A stretch of 64,000 nucleotides of DNA, from contig JAQTPP010000003.1 in assembly GCA_028712705.1 (NCBI GenBank), forward strand, positions 64,052-128,051, in the 5' to 3' direction. Under the pieces are notes generated by a model. It was not told the DNA's origin, searched no databases, and saw nothing but the letters and a program-made list of their open reading frames with translations. How positions within the stretch are numbered: the stretch's first letter is position 1; each line of letters opens with the position of its first letter. Of the stretch, positions 55,284 to 64,000 are shown one piece after another. The translations under genes and the position numbers were made by a program. This stretch comes from Candidatus Daviesbacteria bacterium. Lineage in GTDB: Bacteria; Patescibacteriota; Microgenomatia; Daviesbacterales; UBA10151.

Positions 55284-55356
55284 CGCGCCCAGAGGGATTC
55301 GGACCCCCGGCCTATTCGTTAGAACCGAATTGCTCTATCCGCTGAGCTATGGGCGC
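55284..55356 (-). tRNA. tRNA-Arg(TCT)
   Basis: GCGCCCA acceptor; ATTCG-GT TCT AA-CGAAT; T-loop TCCGAAT (C55). Confidence 0.92.
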
Positions 55357-55439
55357 AATTGATCTATTTTATCAACTTGGATCTGATTTATCAAAAACAT
55401 CCTACCTCCGAGGTAGTAGTGAAGCTACACCTAGGGTTT

Positions 55440-56384
55440 CTATTTAGTTTGTAAATACACAATTAATTTTTTCAATCCTTCTTCAAGGCTAACTTTGGGT
55501 TCCCAGCCAAGCATTTCTCTGGCTTTTTGGATATCCGGACAACGCCGCATCGGATCATCTTTCGGCAAACTCCCAACTAAGGATATTTCTGAGCTGGTAT
55601 TTGTTAATTGCTTAATCTTTTCCGCCAATTCCAAAATAGTAAATTCCTGCGGATTGCCAAGATTATAAACTTCACCCTTTACTCCTTTTTCCATTGCTAA
55701 AGTAAGTCCGTCAATTAAATCGGATACGAAACAAAAGGACCTTGTTTGTTTGCCATCACCAAAAACCGGGAAAGGTTTATTTTGCAAAGCTGCCGTGACA
55801 AATTCAATCACTACCCTGCCGTCCGGGGCCATCCTTGGACCGTAAGTATTAAAAATGCGGATGATCTTTCCGTCTAAGTTATTGTAGCGGACAAATGCGG
55901 AAGTAACTGTTTCACCGAAACGTTTAGCTTCATCATAAACAGAACGCGGGCCTAAAGTGGAAACATTTCCCTGGTAAGTCTCTTTTTGAGGATGTTCCAG
56001 GGGATCTCCGTAAACCTCCGAAGTTGATGCAAATAAAAATTTAGCCCCCCGGGCCAGCGCTTCCTCGCACAAGCTCCATGTCCCAAATGTATTAACTTGC
56101 ATGGTGTCAAAAGGCAGAGCCTGATAGCTTTTAGGGTTATCTTTATTTGGGGATGCAGGAGAAGCCAGGTGATAGATCTGGTCAAAATCTAAATCCTGAG
56201 GTAATCCCTCACTGGCATCTGCCTGGATAAACTGGAAATTAGGACTCTGTTGCAGATGGACTATATTATTGAGGCTCCCTGTTAAAAGATTATCTATACA
56301 AATTACTTGATGGTCAAGTTCCACTAATTTATCGCAAAGGTGCGACCCTAAAAATCCGGCTCCTCCGGTAACTATAATTACCAT
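55440..56384 (-). CDS. UDP-glucuronate decarboxylase-like NAD-dependent epimerase/dehydratase
   Basis: TGGAGFLG, HLASPASP, STSEVYGDP, YDEAKR, RIFNTYGP, DDPMRRCPDI. Confidence 0.93.
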   Translation of the reverse strand: MVIIVTGGAGFLGSHLCDKLVELDHQVICIDNLLTGSLNNIVHLQQSPNFQFIQADASEGLPQDLDFDQIYHLASPASPNKDNPKSYQALPFDTMQVNTFGTWSLCEEALARGAKFLFASTSEVYGDPLEHPQKETYQGNVSTLGPRSVYDEAKRFGETVTSAFVRYNNLDGKIIRIFNTYGPRMAPDGRVVIEFVTAALQNKPFPVFGDGKQTRSFCFVSDLIDGLTLAMEKGVKGEVYNLGNPQEFTILELAEKIKQLTNTSSEISLVGSLPKDDPMRRCPDIQKAREMLGWEPKVSLEEGLKKLIVYLQTK

Positions 56385-56447
56385 ATTTTGATAATACCAC
56401 AGTTTCACATTTAAACTTTTCTTAAAAGTGATAAAATGGTAGCCCAA

Positions 56448-58193
56448 ATGTTTAAATCTCTCATTCTCTCGTTATCTGCCGCCTGCTACTTACTATTTGC
56501 TGTTCCAGTTGCTCATGCGATTGTTGATCCGCTCTCCGTACCTAATAACAAATTCGGTATCCATATTATCCAGGCTACCCCTGACGAATCTTCCCCTGCC
56601 GCACAACTGGTCAATACTAATGGTGACTGGGGTTATATTACGGTTTTAATTGAAAGCAAAGATAGAAATAGCGGGAAATGGCAGGAGTTTTTCAACGACC
56701 TGCGCCGCAGACACCTGATTCCCCTTGTCAGATTAGCTACAGAGCCTGAAGGCGACTGCTGGAAAAGGCCTTACGAGGGAGAGGAGAAAGCCTGGGTTGA
56801 TTTTTTAGACGACTTAAACTGGCCGACTAAAAACCGGTATGTCATTGTTTACAATGAGCCCAACCATGCTAAAGAATGGGGAAATAAAGTTGACGCCAGT
56901 CTTTACGCAAAAGTGTTAGATCAGTTTGTTGCAGCGCTTAAAAACAAAAATCAGGACTTTTTTGTACTCAATGCCGGTTTTGATGCTTCCGCTCCTTCCA
57001 ACCCGCCTGCATTTGAAGATCAGGTAGTATTTATGAAAAAAATGAATGAGGCGGTACCGGGCATATTTGAAAAACTGGACGGATGGGTATCTCACAGCTA
57101 TCCTAATCCCGGTTTTGTTGGCTTTCCGGATGCGGTGGGCCGGGGAACTGTTAGAACTTATGCCTGGGAGATACAACAGCTTCGCAACTTAGGTGTGAGT
57201 AAAAATTTACCGATATTTATTACTGAAACAGGCTGGAAGCATGCCGAAGGATTAGACTTCGATCCGTGGCTGCCAAAAGTAGACACTGTTAATGAATATT
57301 ACCGGCAAGCCTTTGAAAGCGCCTGGAATATCAGCAGAATTGTTGCGGTAACTCCTTTTTTACTAAACTATCAGGAAACCCTTTTTGACCACTTTTCGTT
57401 TAAAAAAATCGCTGCAGAGGGACAGGAGTATTATTCCATGTATCAAACAATACGGGATTTACCCAAAGTTGACGGAAAACCGGTTCAGGAAAATAAAGCA
57501 AAACTCACTCAGGGTGAAATCTATTCGTCCGTAGTTTCAGGACAAAACTATGTTGTTTCTCTAACCTTTAAAAATACCGGCCAATCTATCTGGAATGACC
57601 CACAAGGCAAGTTTGAAGAGGTTAAGCTTGCGGCAACGGAAGGGGCAAAAGAGCTGGGAATTGATCCGGTTGCGATTCCAAAAGAAATTAGCGTGGAACC
57701 CGGGAAGGAATATACATTTCAAGTAAGACTAAGAAGCCCTTTAAGCGGAACCTACAAGGTAGCTCTAAACTTATTTAAAGAAGAGAAACAGTTCGATTTT
57801 ACGCAGAAAAATAGTCCCACGGTTTATTCGAATAATTTGGAATTTACCACAGTGGTCAAATCTCCGGTCATACTTAAAATTAAAGGTGGACTTTCCTGGA
57901 AGGAAGATTTCTCAGGCAATTATATTTTGTCAATTAAAGGAGCAACCGGAGAAAATTCGCAAAACATAAATCTTGATAAAAACGGTTTATCTGCTGAAAT
58001 TGAAGCAAGATACTTGCTTCCTGATTATGCTTTTGATTTTGCTTTGGAAAAACCATATTATCAGCCTTCTAAGCTACAACAAACTATGCATGCCGGTGTA
58101 AATATATTGGATTTTGGCAAGCTCAACCCGGATATTCTTTCTGCATTATTCAATTTCCGTGAATTCTGGAAACTACTACCATTTTCTAAATAA
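56448..58193 (+). CDS. Secreted clan GH-A-like glycoside hydrolase with Ig-like C-terminal domains
   Basis: NKFGIH, YNEPN acid/base, HSYP, ITETGW nucleophile; KNTGQSIW Ig-like segment. Confidence 0.78.
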   Translation: MFKSLILSLSAACYLLFAVPVAHAIVDPLSVPNNKFGIHIIQATPDESSPAAQLVNTNGDWGYITVLIESKDRNSGKWQEFFNDLRRRHLIPLVRLATEPEGDCWKRPYEGEEKAWVDFLDDLNWPTKNRYVIVYNEPNHAKEWGNKVDASLYAKVLDQFVAALKNKNQDFFVLNAGFDASAPSNPPAFEDQVVFMKKMNEAVPGIFEKLDGWVSHSYPNPGFVGFPDAVGRGTVRTYAWEIQQLRNLGVSKNLPIFITETGWKHAEGLDFDPWLPKVDTVNEYYRQAFESAWNISRIVAVTPFLLNYQETLFDHFSFKKIAAEGQEYYSMYQTIRDLPKVDGKPVQENKAKLTQGEIYSSVVSGQNYVVSLTFKNTGQSIWNDPQGKFEEVKLAATEGAKELGIDPVAIPKEISVEPGKEYTFQVRLRSPLSGTYKVALNLFKEEKQFDFTQKNSPTVYSNNLEFTTVVKSPVILKIKGGLSWKEDFSGNYILSIKGATGENSQNINLDKNGLSAEIEARYLLPDYAFDFALEKPYYQPSKLQQTMHAGVNILDFGKLNPDILSALFNFREFWKLLPFSK

Positions 58194-58203
58194 TCCTCTC
58201 CCC

Positions 58204-58296
58204 TGTCATTCTGAGGCGATTAGCCGAAGAATCTAATTAATAACTTTGCTGATACTCCAACAGAGATCCTTCGTCGCTTTGCTCCTCAGGATGACA
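58204..58296. repeat. Intergenic palindromic element (REP/RPE-like)
   Basis: tgtcattctgagg...gaagaatct...agatccttcg...cctcaggatgaca. Confidence 0.8.
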
Positions 58297-58389
58297 ATTT
58301 GTGTTTAGAGATTGTACACAAATTGTCAATTTTGCTATATTTTGATCTATTTTAGCCTAGTTGACAAGGCACTATTTATATAATAAAGT

Positions 58390-58456
58390 GATAGAACCTT
58401 ATAAATCGTAAGATCTGTAAGGTTCTCTAGGAATCCCGCTGCAAGGCGGGATTTTT
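58390..58456 (+). ncRNA. Candidate small RNA: hairpin followed by intrinsic terminator
   Basis: TTGACA at 58361; stem agaaccttata/tgtaaggttct; terminator aatcccgc...gcgggattttt. Confidence 0.35.
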
Positions 58457-58495
58457 AGTGGAGAATTTGCGGGTAAACTGTTAAAATATATGTAC

Positions 58496-58569
58496 GGTGG
58501 TGTGTGCCGAACGGTTTAGGCGTCGCCCTGTGGAGGCGATTTTAGCGGGTTCGACTCCCGTACACCACC
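58496..58569 (+). tRNA. tRNA-His(GTG)
   Basis: G-1:C73; TCGCC-CT GTG GA-GGCGA; GGTTCGACTCC. Confidence 0.95.
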
Positions 58570-58892
58570 CCTAATGAGGTATGACCTTGCTCTATCCTTT
58601 TGATTAGTTTGAAGGGAAGCCCTAAATCCTCGGTTCTAAATCCTGGATAAGTATAAGTAACATTTTTAGGGAAAATAGAACCGCTTAAAGCTTTTCTTTG
58701 TTCCAACGTTCCTTCTACCCAGGCAGAAGTTATATTACCTAATAACCCCTTCATAAAAGTTACAACCACTTCAATATCAATTTCTTGTAGCTTAGCTTCA
58801 CTCTTAACTGATTTCTTTATAATTATTTCATCCTCAATTGAAGCAAGCTGCTCTCTATAAACTTCATCTACGAATAAGTAATCCAGTTCCAT
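58542..58892 (-). pseudogene. 5'-truncated large serine recombinase (C-terminal fragment) ending in antisense tRNA-His
   Basis: Coiled coil then W....EQRKAL..SIFP..VTY...FRT pattern; last codons GVVYGSRTR come from the tRNA acceptor/T arm. Confidence 0.65.
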
Positions 58893-58925
58893 TAGTGGGC
58901 AACAATTGTTAAGATATACGTATAA

Positions 58926-59690
58926 ATGACATTTGAAGAGCTGAGATCACTCATAAGTGATACTATTTTTAATATTTCACTGAATGCTCAAGCTAAAGTT
59001 GATAAAGATTTTAAAAAAGATATTGATAATTCTATTTACATAATTTCTAAATCTTTTTTAATCCTAGATACAATTTTGAATCACACTGATCAAGAGAAGG
59101 TATCTGATAGGGTTTTTGACAGTCAGGCAATATTGTGGCAAGGAGGAAATTCCTTGATAGGAAGTCTTCAATTAATTAGACAGGGTTATACCTTGGAGCC
59201 TCAATTTCTTATGAGGTATGCTATAGAAAATTTGGCTATGGTTTTAAGTTTCCATACAGAAAACGCAGAATTATACTATCAAAAATTTAACAATGGCGAC
59301 CTTTCAGGAGAAAAATGTGTAGGAGAGGCAAGAAAATTAGTTAAACAAATAGGACCTATATACGGATTGCTTAGCGAAGTTACTCACCCCTCTAAAAAAA
59401 CCCTGGGTTATCTTTACATGTTGGAAAGAAAAACTGTTTTAATTGGCGGAGGAGTCACTGATACAACCCTTCATAGGGTTAAGATGAATTTGGCTATCCT
59501 TCAATTCTTATCAAACATTTACTGGAGTAGTTCAGAATTAATATTTAGTGATTACCTTGATAAATATACATTCTGGAGTAAGGATGGAGACATAATGAAA
59601 TGGGCTCCAAAAGAAGAGGAGAAGGATATCTACGAGAGGAGTTTATCCTTGTTCCAAGAAGCAATTTCAGCATTAACTCAAAAAAGTTGA
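58926..59690 (+). CDS. Hypothetical island protein (helical, possibly HEPN/DUF5677-like)
   Basis: LMRYAIE and IYGLLSEVTH motifs. Confidence 0.55.
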   Translation: MTFEELRSLISDTIFNISLNAQAKVDKDFKKDIDNSIYIISKSFLILDTILNHTDQEKVSDRVFDSQAILWQGGNSLIGSLQLIRQGYTLEPQFLMRYAIENLAMVLSFHTENAELYYQKFNNGDLSGEKCVGEARKLVKQIGPIYGLLSEVTHPSKKTLGYLYMLERKTVLIGGGVTDTTLHRVKMNLAILQFLSNIYWSSSELIFSDYLDKYTFWSKDGDIMKWAPKEEEKDIYERSLSLFQEAISALTQKS

Positions 59691-59714
59691 GTTGTGAGTT
59701 AAAATTGACAATGC

Positions 59715-60545
59715 TCATTCAGAAATATATTGCAGAAATCTAATTCCAAAGTTGGTTAAACTATAATCCTTACCCCCTCCACCTCCAAAACTGGATGCGC
59801 CTGTTTTAATATCTAAAATTCCAAGAGTTACCATTTCTGATATGCAGTCATATATTTCTGTCTGTTTTGCTCTCTGGCGAGTTTCAGCTCTGTGCTGCAA
59901 ATCTGAAGGCCAACCTTCATTATTTTTTATACTATACTCCTCTTTTACTTTTAGCATATGTGGAGCTAAATTAACATTTAGCCACCGACTTACAGGTTAC
60001 CAAGCTGATTTTTGTATTAACAATTGGTCATGCCACCATTCTTTGCTTCTATCTGAAGTTTTATATTGGTCCTTATTTAGTCTTTCTTGAATCTCTTTTT
60101 CTAGTTCTGGCTGTATCTCTTTCTTGAAGAAAACTAAAAATTCTAAAGATGGGATGGTTATTCTAGCTAAACAATCATTTAGCCGCTCTAATTCATAATG
60201 CTCTTTATCCTCTGCAGCCACAAATCCTAAAAGAATTTTCTTTAGAATATCTTTTTTTGCTTTTGTTCTAGATTTCAAATATTCCTCAAAAAAAATTAAA
60301 AATCCTTCCTGAAATTCTTTACTTTGAATGATTTCTTTCCTAAATTCTTCGGGGTGTTCTTGGATAAACTCTGATACTTCATTTACTTTTTCCTGTTTCA
60401 ATTACATTAAGGCTGGGAAAAAACCATAGATTAGAGCAAAAATCGCACCCCAAACAGGATCAATATTAAATAAAGGCAAAAGTCCTGGTATTAATACTCC
60501 TACTTGTTGCGTTACAGCTTCTACGGAAACCAGACCTTTACTCAT
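59715..60545 (-). pseudogene. Single 277-codon frame interrupted by two in-frame TAA stops (possibly Abi-alpha/DUF4393-like)
   Basis: ATG 60545 and track ORFs 59997-60401 and 59715-59957 are in one frame; TAA at 60402-60404 and 59997-59999; ends LGIL...YSLTNFGIRFLQYI. Confidence 0.75.
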
Positions 60546-60696
60546 ACTCGGAAGTATATCAGATTACTTGAAAAACCTGTCTGAGTTTAAAAATATCAAG
60601 CACAAGTGGTTCTAGGAGCTCATCATTAAGAACCCCATAGTATTTTTGTAATTAATTGTAGGGTCTGTTATAATACTCTTGTTTGAATAGGCATAA

Positions 60697-61179
60697 TTAC
60701 ATCGCAAAAGTTCTTCACGACAAGAGTCATCGTTCAGATGCTCTAATTGTCGTGCAATCCTCTCAGCAGATCCATTAGGTTCTAAACACAGAAATCATTG
60801 TCCGTCCTGCCTATGGTCCAAACATGTTGACCTTGCTACCCCTGGAGACAGAAGGTCAGATTGTTGTGCAAGAATGCAGCCGATATCATTAGCCTTTAAA
60901 AATTACAGAGTAAATCCATTTACTGGTAGGGGTAATGGTGAACTGATGATAATTCATCAATGTCTAAATTGTGGCAAGATTTCTCCTAACCGGATAGCCG
61001 GAGATGATAACGAGTATCAGATTCTCTCTATTTTGAAGGAATCCTTAAATTTGAATGAAAGTATAGCCATCCCACTTAAAAACCTGGGGTTAGAACTTAT
61101 TACGGCTTTGAATAAAGAAGAAGCGCTTATCTCATTATTTGGGATCAATTACCGGAAATATTTAAAAAATTGTGATTAA
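60697..61179 (+). pseudogene. RNHCP domain gene lacking an in-frame start
   Basis: Frame open from 60697: FRCSNC...HRNHCPSCLWSKHVD..PGDR...C..M...HQCLNCG..NRIAGDD; no in-frame ATG/GTG/TTG before the domain. Confidence 0.7.
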
Positions 61180-61189
61180 TTAATTAATT

Positions 61190-61268
61190 AAAATATGTTT
61201 GTAAATTTCCAATTCCTGAGGCTTACATAGGCTAAAATAGGTTCTAACATCGTACGCTAGACCACCCC
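61190..61268. mobile_element. att-like junction matching the tRNA-His 3' end
   Basis: ggttc-taacat-cgtac-gctag-accacccc versus tRNA ggttc-gactcc-cgtac-accacccc; minus strand reads GGLAYDVRTYFSLCKPQELEIYKHIL. Confidence 0.6.
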
Positions 61269-61403
61269 AAACATTTTTAGCCTCAATTTTAGGTACCACT
61301 GAAAGGACATATTGCAGCGAGTATTTATATGAGTAATAGTAATCAGGAATAATAAATTGAGGTTTAAATTTCTTAAGTTGGGTATGAAGTAAGTCTAATT
61401 GTC

Positions 61404-61754
61404 TTAAGCTTGGGGTATATCTGGTATGAGAGGTAAATCCAGGTGTTTTTTGATTTCATCAATTTCTCTTTTGTCTCTTTGATGCCAAAGGCCTATTTCG
61501 TCTCTTATTCCCTTAACATCCATAAGTAATTGTTCTGTATCGCCGGCTATAGCCTCTAATCTTCTTGAATGATCTTCTAGAGTTTCATCTATACTATCCA
61601 ATTTATCATTTAGAACAGATTGTTTATCTTTTATCAAGGTTAATTGCGCGGAATAAATTGACTGATTAGTCTCAACTTTATCTACTTTATGATTGATAAC
61701 CTCTATTAGCTCTTTGATGTCCTTAAGTGTGTTTTTTAAATGATCATTAGTCAT
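61404..61754 (-). CDS. Coiled-coil hypothetical protein
   Basis: Heptad-rich 116-aa ORF ending IKKHLDLP. Confidence 0.7.
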   Translation of the reverse strand: MTNDHLKNTLKDIKELIEVINHKVDKVETNQSIYSAQLTLIKDKQSVLNDKLDSIDETLEDHSRRLEAIAGDTEQLLMDVKGIRDEIGLWHQRDKREIDEIKKHLDLPLIPDIPQA

Positions 61755-61829
61755 AAATTTGATCCTAGTCTAATTTCTTTAAAAAGACAAGATAGATTAT
61801 CTATATCAAGCATTTAAACATTCATTCAA

Positions 61830-63014
61830 TTATTTTGTAACACTTAAGTTCAATTTCCTATAAAAAACTATAAATAATAAAAGTGCAAAAAACGCCATAA
61901 AGCTCCCGTAGAAAAAAGTTGTGTGAGGATTTATATAATACCACAAAAGTCCTCCGACAAACGATGCCAGAAATGTGCCTATAGCAGTGAGCGTGTAATA
62001 TGCCCCGAAATATGTTCCTGATTCCTTTTTATCAATAAATTCAGAAATATAGGCTTTTGAAACACCATCTGTTGCGGCGATATAAATTCCGTAAATCGGG
62101 AAAAGAAACCAGATCCAAAACGATGAATTTGTTAAACCGAAACACAGGTACACTATTGAAAAAACTAATAATCCTCCGGCAAAAATCTTTCTGGGACCGA
62201 TTTTATCGGCTAACATCCCGGCCGGAGTGGCAAATACGGTTTGTGAAATGTTATAAAGCACATACGCCAGAACAACTAATGTCGTTGTCAGTCCCAAATT
62301 TTTAGCCTGCAGTAATATAAATACATCAGAACTGTTACCGGCCGAGAATATAAAACTTATAAGCAAAAATAATTTTAACCTGGAATCCATATTTCTGAAA
62401 TTTATTCTCAAGAATTTACTTTTTTCTTTTCTAATTCCCGTATTTTTTTCCTTGACTAATACAATAAGCAGTATTACTGCAACCAGAGCCGGTATAAATG
62501 CAATAAAAAATGTCTGTCTGATATTGTCTTTTAAGAAAAATAATACTACTAGCGCTAGAAGAGGACCGATCGTCGCGCCTAAACTATCAAATGCCCGGTG
62601 AAATCCGAAGATATATCCCCTGTTTTGAAGGTTGGCGTTTTCCAATAAAAGACTGTCTCTCGGAGCCGTCCTTAAACCTTTTCCTACCCTGTCAATAATT
62701 CTGGCAAACAAAACCATTGGCCATCCGACAGCCAAACCAATTAGGATTTTGGAGATTGCGGCAAAAGAATAGCCTACTGTCACAAACACTTTTCGTTTTT
62801 GCACATAATCTGAATATGCGCCGAAGAAGTATTTGGTGGTGCTGGCCAGCGCTTCTACCACACCTTCAATAAGTCCTACAACCGGAATGGATGTATGCAA
62901 TACCGTAGTTAAAAAAATAGGTACAATCGGGTAAATCATTTCTGACGCCAAGTCATTAAAGAAACTGACCAGTCCTAATACAGTCACATTTTTAGGAATT
63001 TTACGAAAAATCAT
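61830..63014 (-). CDS. MFS transporter
   Basis: 12 TM; DLASEMIYP, DRVGKGLRTAPRD, FGFHRAFD, LADKIG. Confidence 0.93.
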   Translation of the reverse strand: MIFRKIPKNVTVLGLVSFFNDLASEMIYPIVPIFLTTVLHTSIPVVGLIEGVVEALASTTKYFFGAYSDYVQKRKVFVTVGYSFAAISKILIGLAVGWPMVLFARIIDRVGKGLRTAPRDSLLLENANLQNRGYIFGFHRAFDSLGATIGPLLALVVLFFLKDNIRQTFFIAFIPALVAVILLIVLVKEKNTGIRKEKSKFLRINFRNMDSRLKLFLLISFIFSAGNSSDVFILLQAKNLGLTTTLVVLAYVLYNISQTVFATPAGMLADKIGPRKIFAGGLLVFSIVYLCFGLTNSSFWIWFLFPIYGIYIAATDGVSKAYISEFIDKKESGTYFGAYYTLTAIGTFLASFVGGLLWYYINPHTTFFYGSFMAFFALLLFIVFYRKLNLSVTK

Positions 63015-63091
63015 ATGTTAAGCATAGGTAAAAATAGTATTTTTATCAAGCCAGACTATTATTGACAAGTCAAACTGCTTATCTTTAATAT

Positions 63092-63838
63092 ATGCATATG
63101 AATAATCCCCGGGATATTAAAAAAATAGTTAAACAATCGTATGGTAATATCGCTAAAACCTCAGGCGGTTGTGGTAGTTGCAACTGCAATTCCAACCAGA
63201 CTGTTCAGTTACAGTCAGGACAAATTGGTTATTCGCAAGATGAGATGAATAAAGCTCCTGATGGTTCAAACTTAGGATTAGGCTGTGGTAATCCAGTTGC
63301 AATTGCCTCATTAAAGCCAGGTGAGGTGGTTTTGGATTTAGGCTCCGGGGCGGGGTTTGATGCTTTTTTGGCTGCAAGAAAAGTCGGTAATACAGGCAAA
63401 GTTGTGGGAATTGATATGACAGATGAAATGCTTGAAAAAGCCAGGGAAAATGCTAAAAAGGACGGTTTTACAAATGTTGAGTTTAGGAAAGGAGATATTG
63501 AGCACCTGCCGGTTGAAGATAGCTCAATCAATGTAATTATCTCAAACTGCGTTATAAATTTAGCTCCCAATAAAGAAAAAGTGTTTAAAGAGGCATACAG
63601 AGTATTAAAAACTGGCGGAAGATTAATGGTTTCAGATGTTGTCTTGATCAAACCTTTACCAGATGAGCTAAGAAATGATGCAGATTTGTTGATAGGTTGT
63701 GTCAGCGGTGCGATTTTGAAACAAGATTATCTAAGACTTCTTGTAAGTGCCGGATTTTCAAATCTTACTATTCACAAAGAAATACCGGCCTTTTTACCGG
63801 AATACGCAACAAGTATTACCTATTCAGCAGTGAAGTAA
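63092..63838 (+). CDS. arsM: Arsenite S-adenosylmethyltransferase
   Basis: [33 protein letters not shown] conserved cysteines. Confidence 0.88.
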   Translation: MHMNNPRDIKKIVKQSYGNIAKTSGGCGSCNCNSNQTVQLQSGQIGYSQDEMNKAPDGSNLGLGCGNPVAIASLKPGEVVLDLGSGAGFDAFLAARKVGNTGKVVGIDMTDEMLEKARENAKKDGFTNVEFRKGDIEHLPVEDSSINVIISNCVINLAPNKEKVFKEAYRVLKTGGRLMVSDVVLIKPLPDELRNDADLLIGCVSGAILKQDYLRLLVSAGFSNLTIHKEIPAFLPEYATSITYSAVK

Positions 63839-63843
63839 TCTTC

Positions 63844-63999
63844 TTAAGAACTTGATCCATTCTTTTTAGCCTCATCTTCTCTCCATTTAGCACTAATAAC
63901 ACGCTCACCAACTATAACATCCTGTTTGGTGCGGGTGGTAAATGGAAGTTTGGCTATTTCACCAAAGGCCACCCACGAAAAAGCATCTCCTTTAAAAGG
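63844..63999 (-). CDS. Partial CDS (C-terminal 51 aa) running off the window, possibly NUDIX-like
   Basis: Open frame PFKGDAFSWVAFGEIAKLPF...KQDVIVGERVI...*. Confidence 0.55.
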   Translation of the reverse strand, partial: PFKGDAFSWVAFGEIAKLPFTTRTKQDVIVGERVISAKWREDEAKKNGSSS

Positions 64000-64000
64000 A

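Noticed and set aside
59997-60404. TAA reassignment or alternative genetic code
   Set aside because: Core genes (pheS, rplT, glmS, obg) end in TAA and no other gene needs read-through; pheT ends in TGA, arguing against code 25.

Overview
A 64-kb chromosomal window of an AT-rich bacterium using the standard code. Gene content and style suggest Patescibacteria/CPR, Microgenomates-like (inference): shortened PheT, ThrS and Obg, many apparently leaderless genes, and scattered tRNAs mostly without encoded CCA. Core genes include GT2 glycosyltransferases, a class A PBP, thrS-infC-rpmI-rplT-pheS-pheT, murT-gatD, yvcK, glmS, obg, a MacAB-like exporter, pyrD and arsM, plus 14 tRNA genes. The most interesting signals are non-coding. 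(1) Next to tRNA-Tyr lies an integron-like array of single-gene cassettes separated by three related repeats. The repeats share the tRNA 3'-end core, look like decayed large-serine-recombinase (LSR) C-terminal tails, and each supplies a -35 box for the next gene. Related att-like relics flank islands at tRNA-Gln and tRNA-His (both with a 5-bp motif offset), and LSR-tail relics sit at tRNA-His and tRNA-Pro. (2) Three tRNAs (Tyr, Gly-TCC, Arg-TCT) are followed by the same ~130-150-bp architecture ending in a duplicate tRNA 3' end in which T-loop A58 is replaced by a 30-34-nt hairpin. One of them is followed by a decayed GIY-YIG gene. (3) Short palindromic repeats are inserted in frame in housekeeping genes (pheT twice, pheS, murT, gatD, GT2 and others). 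(4) A ~1900-aa surface protein has a (CAAGA)6 tract just after its start codon, a phase-variation candidate. No CRISPR array or rRNA was seen. All family assignments come from motif recognition by eye, not database searches.
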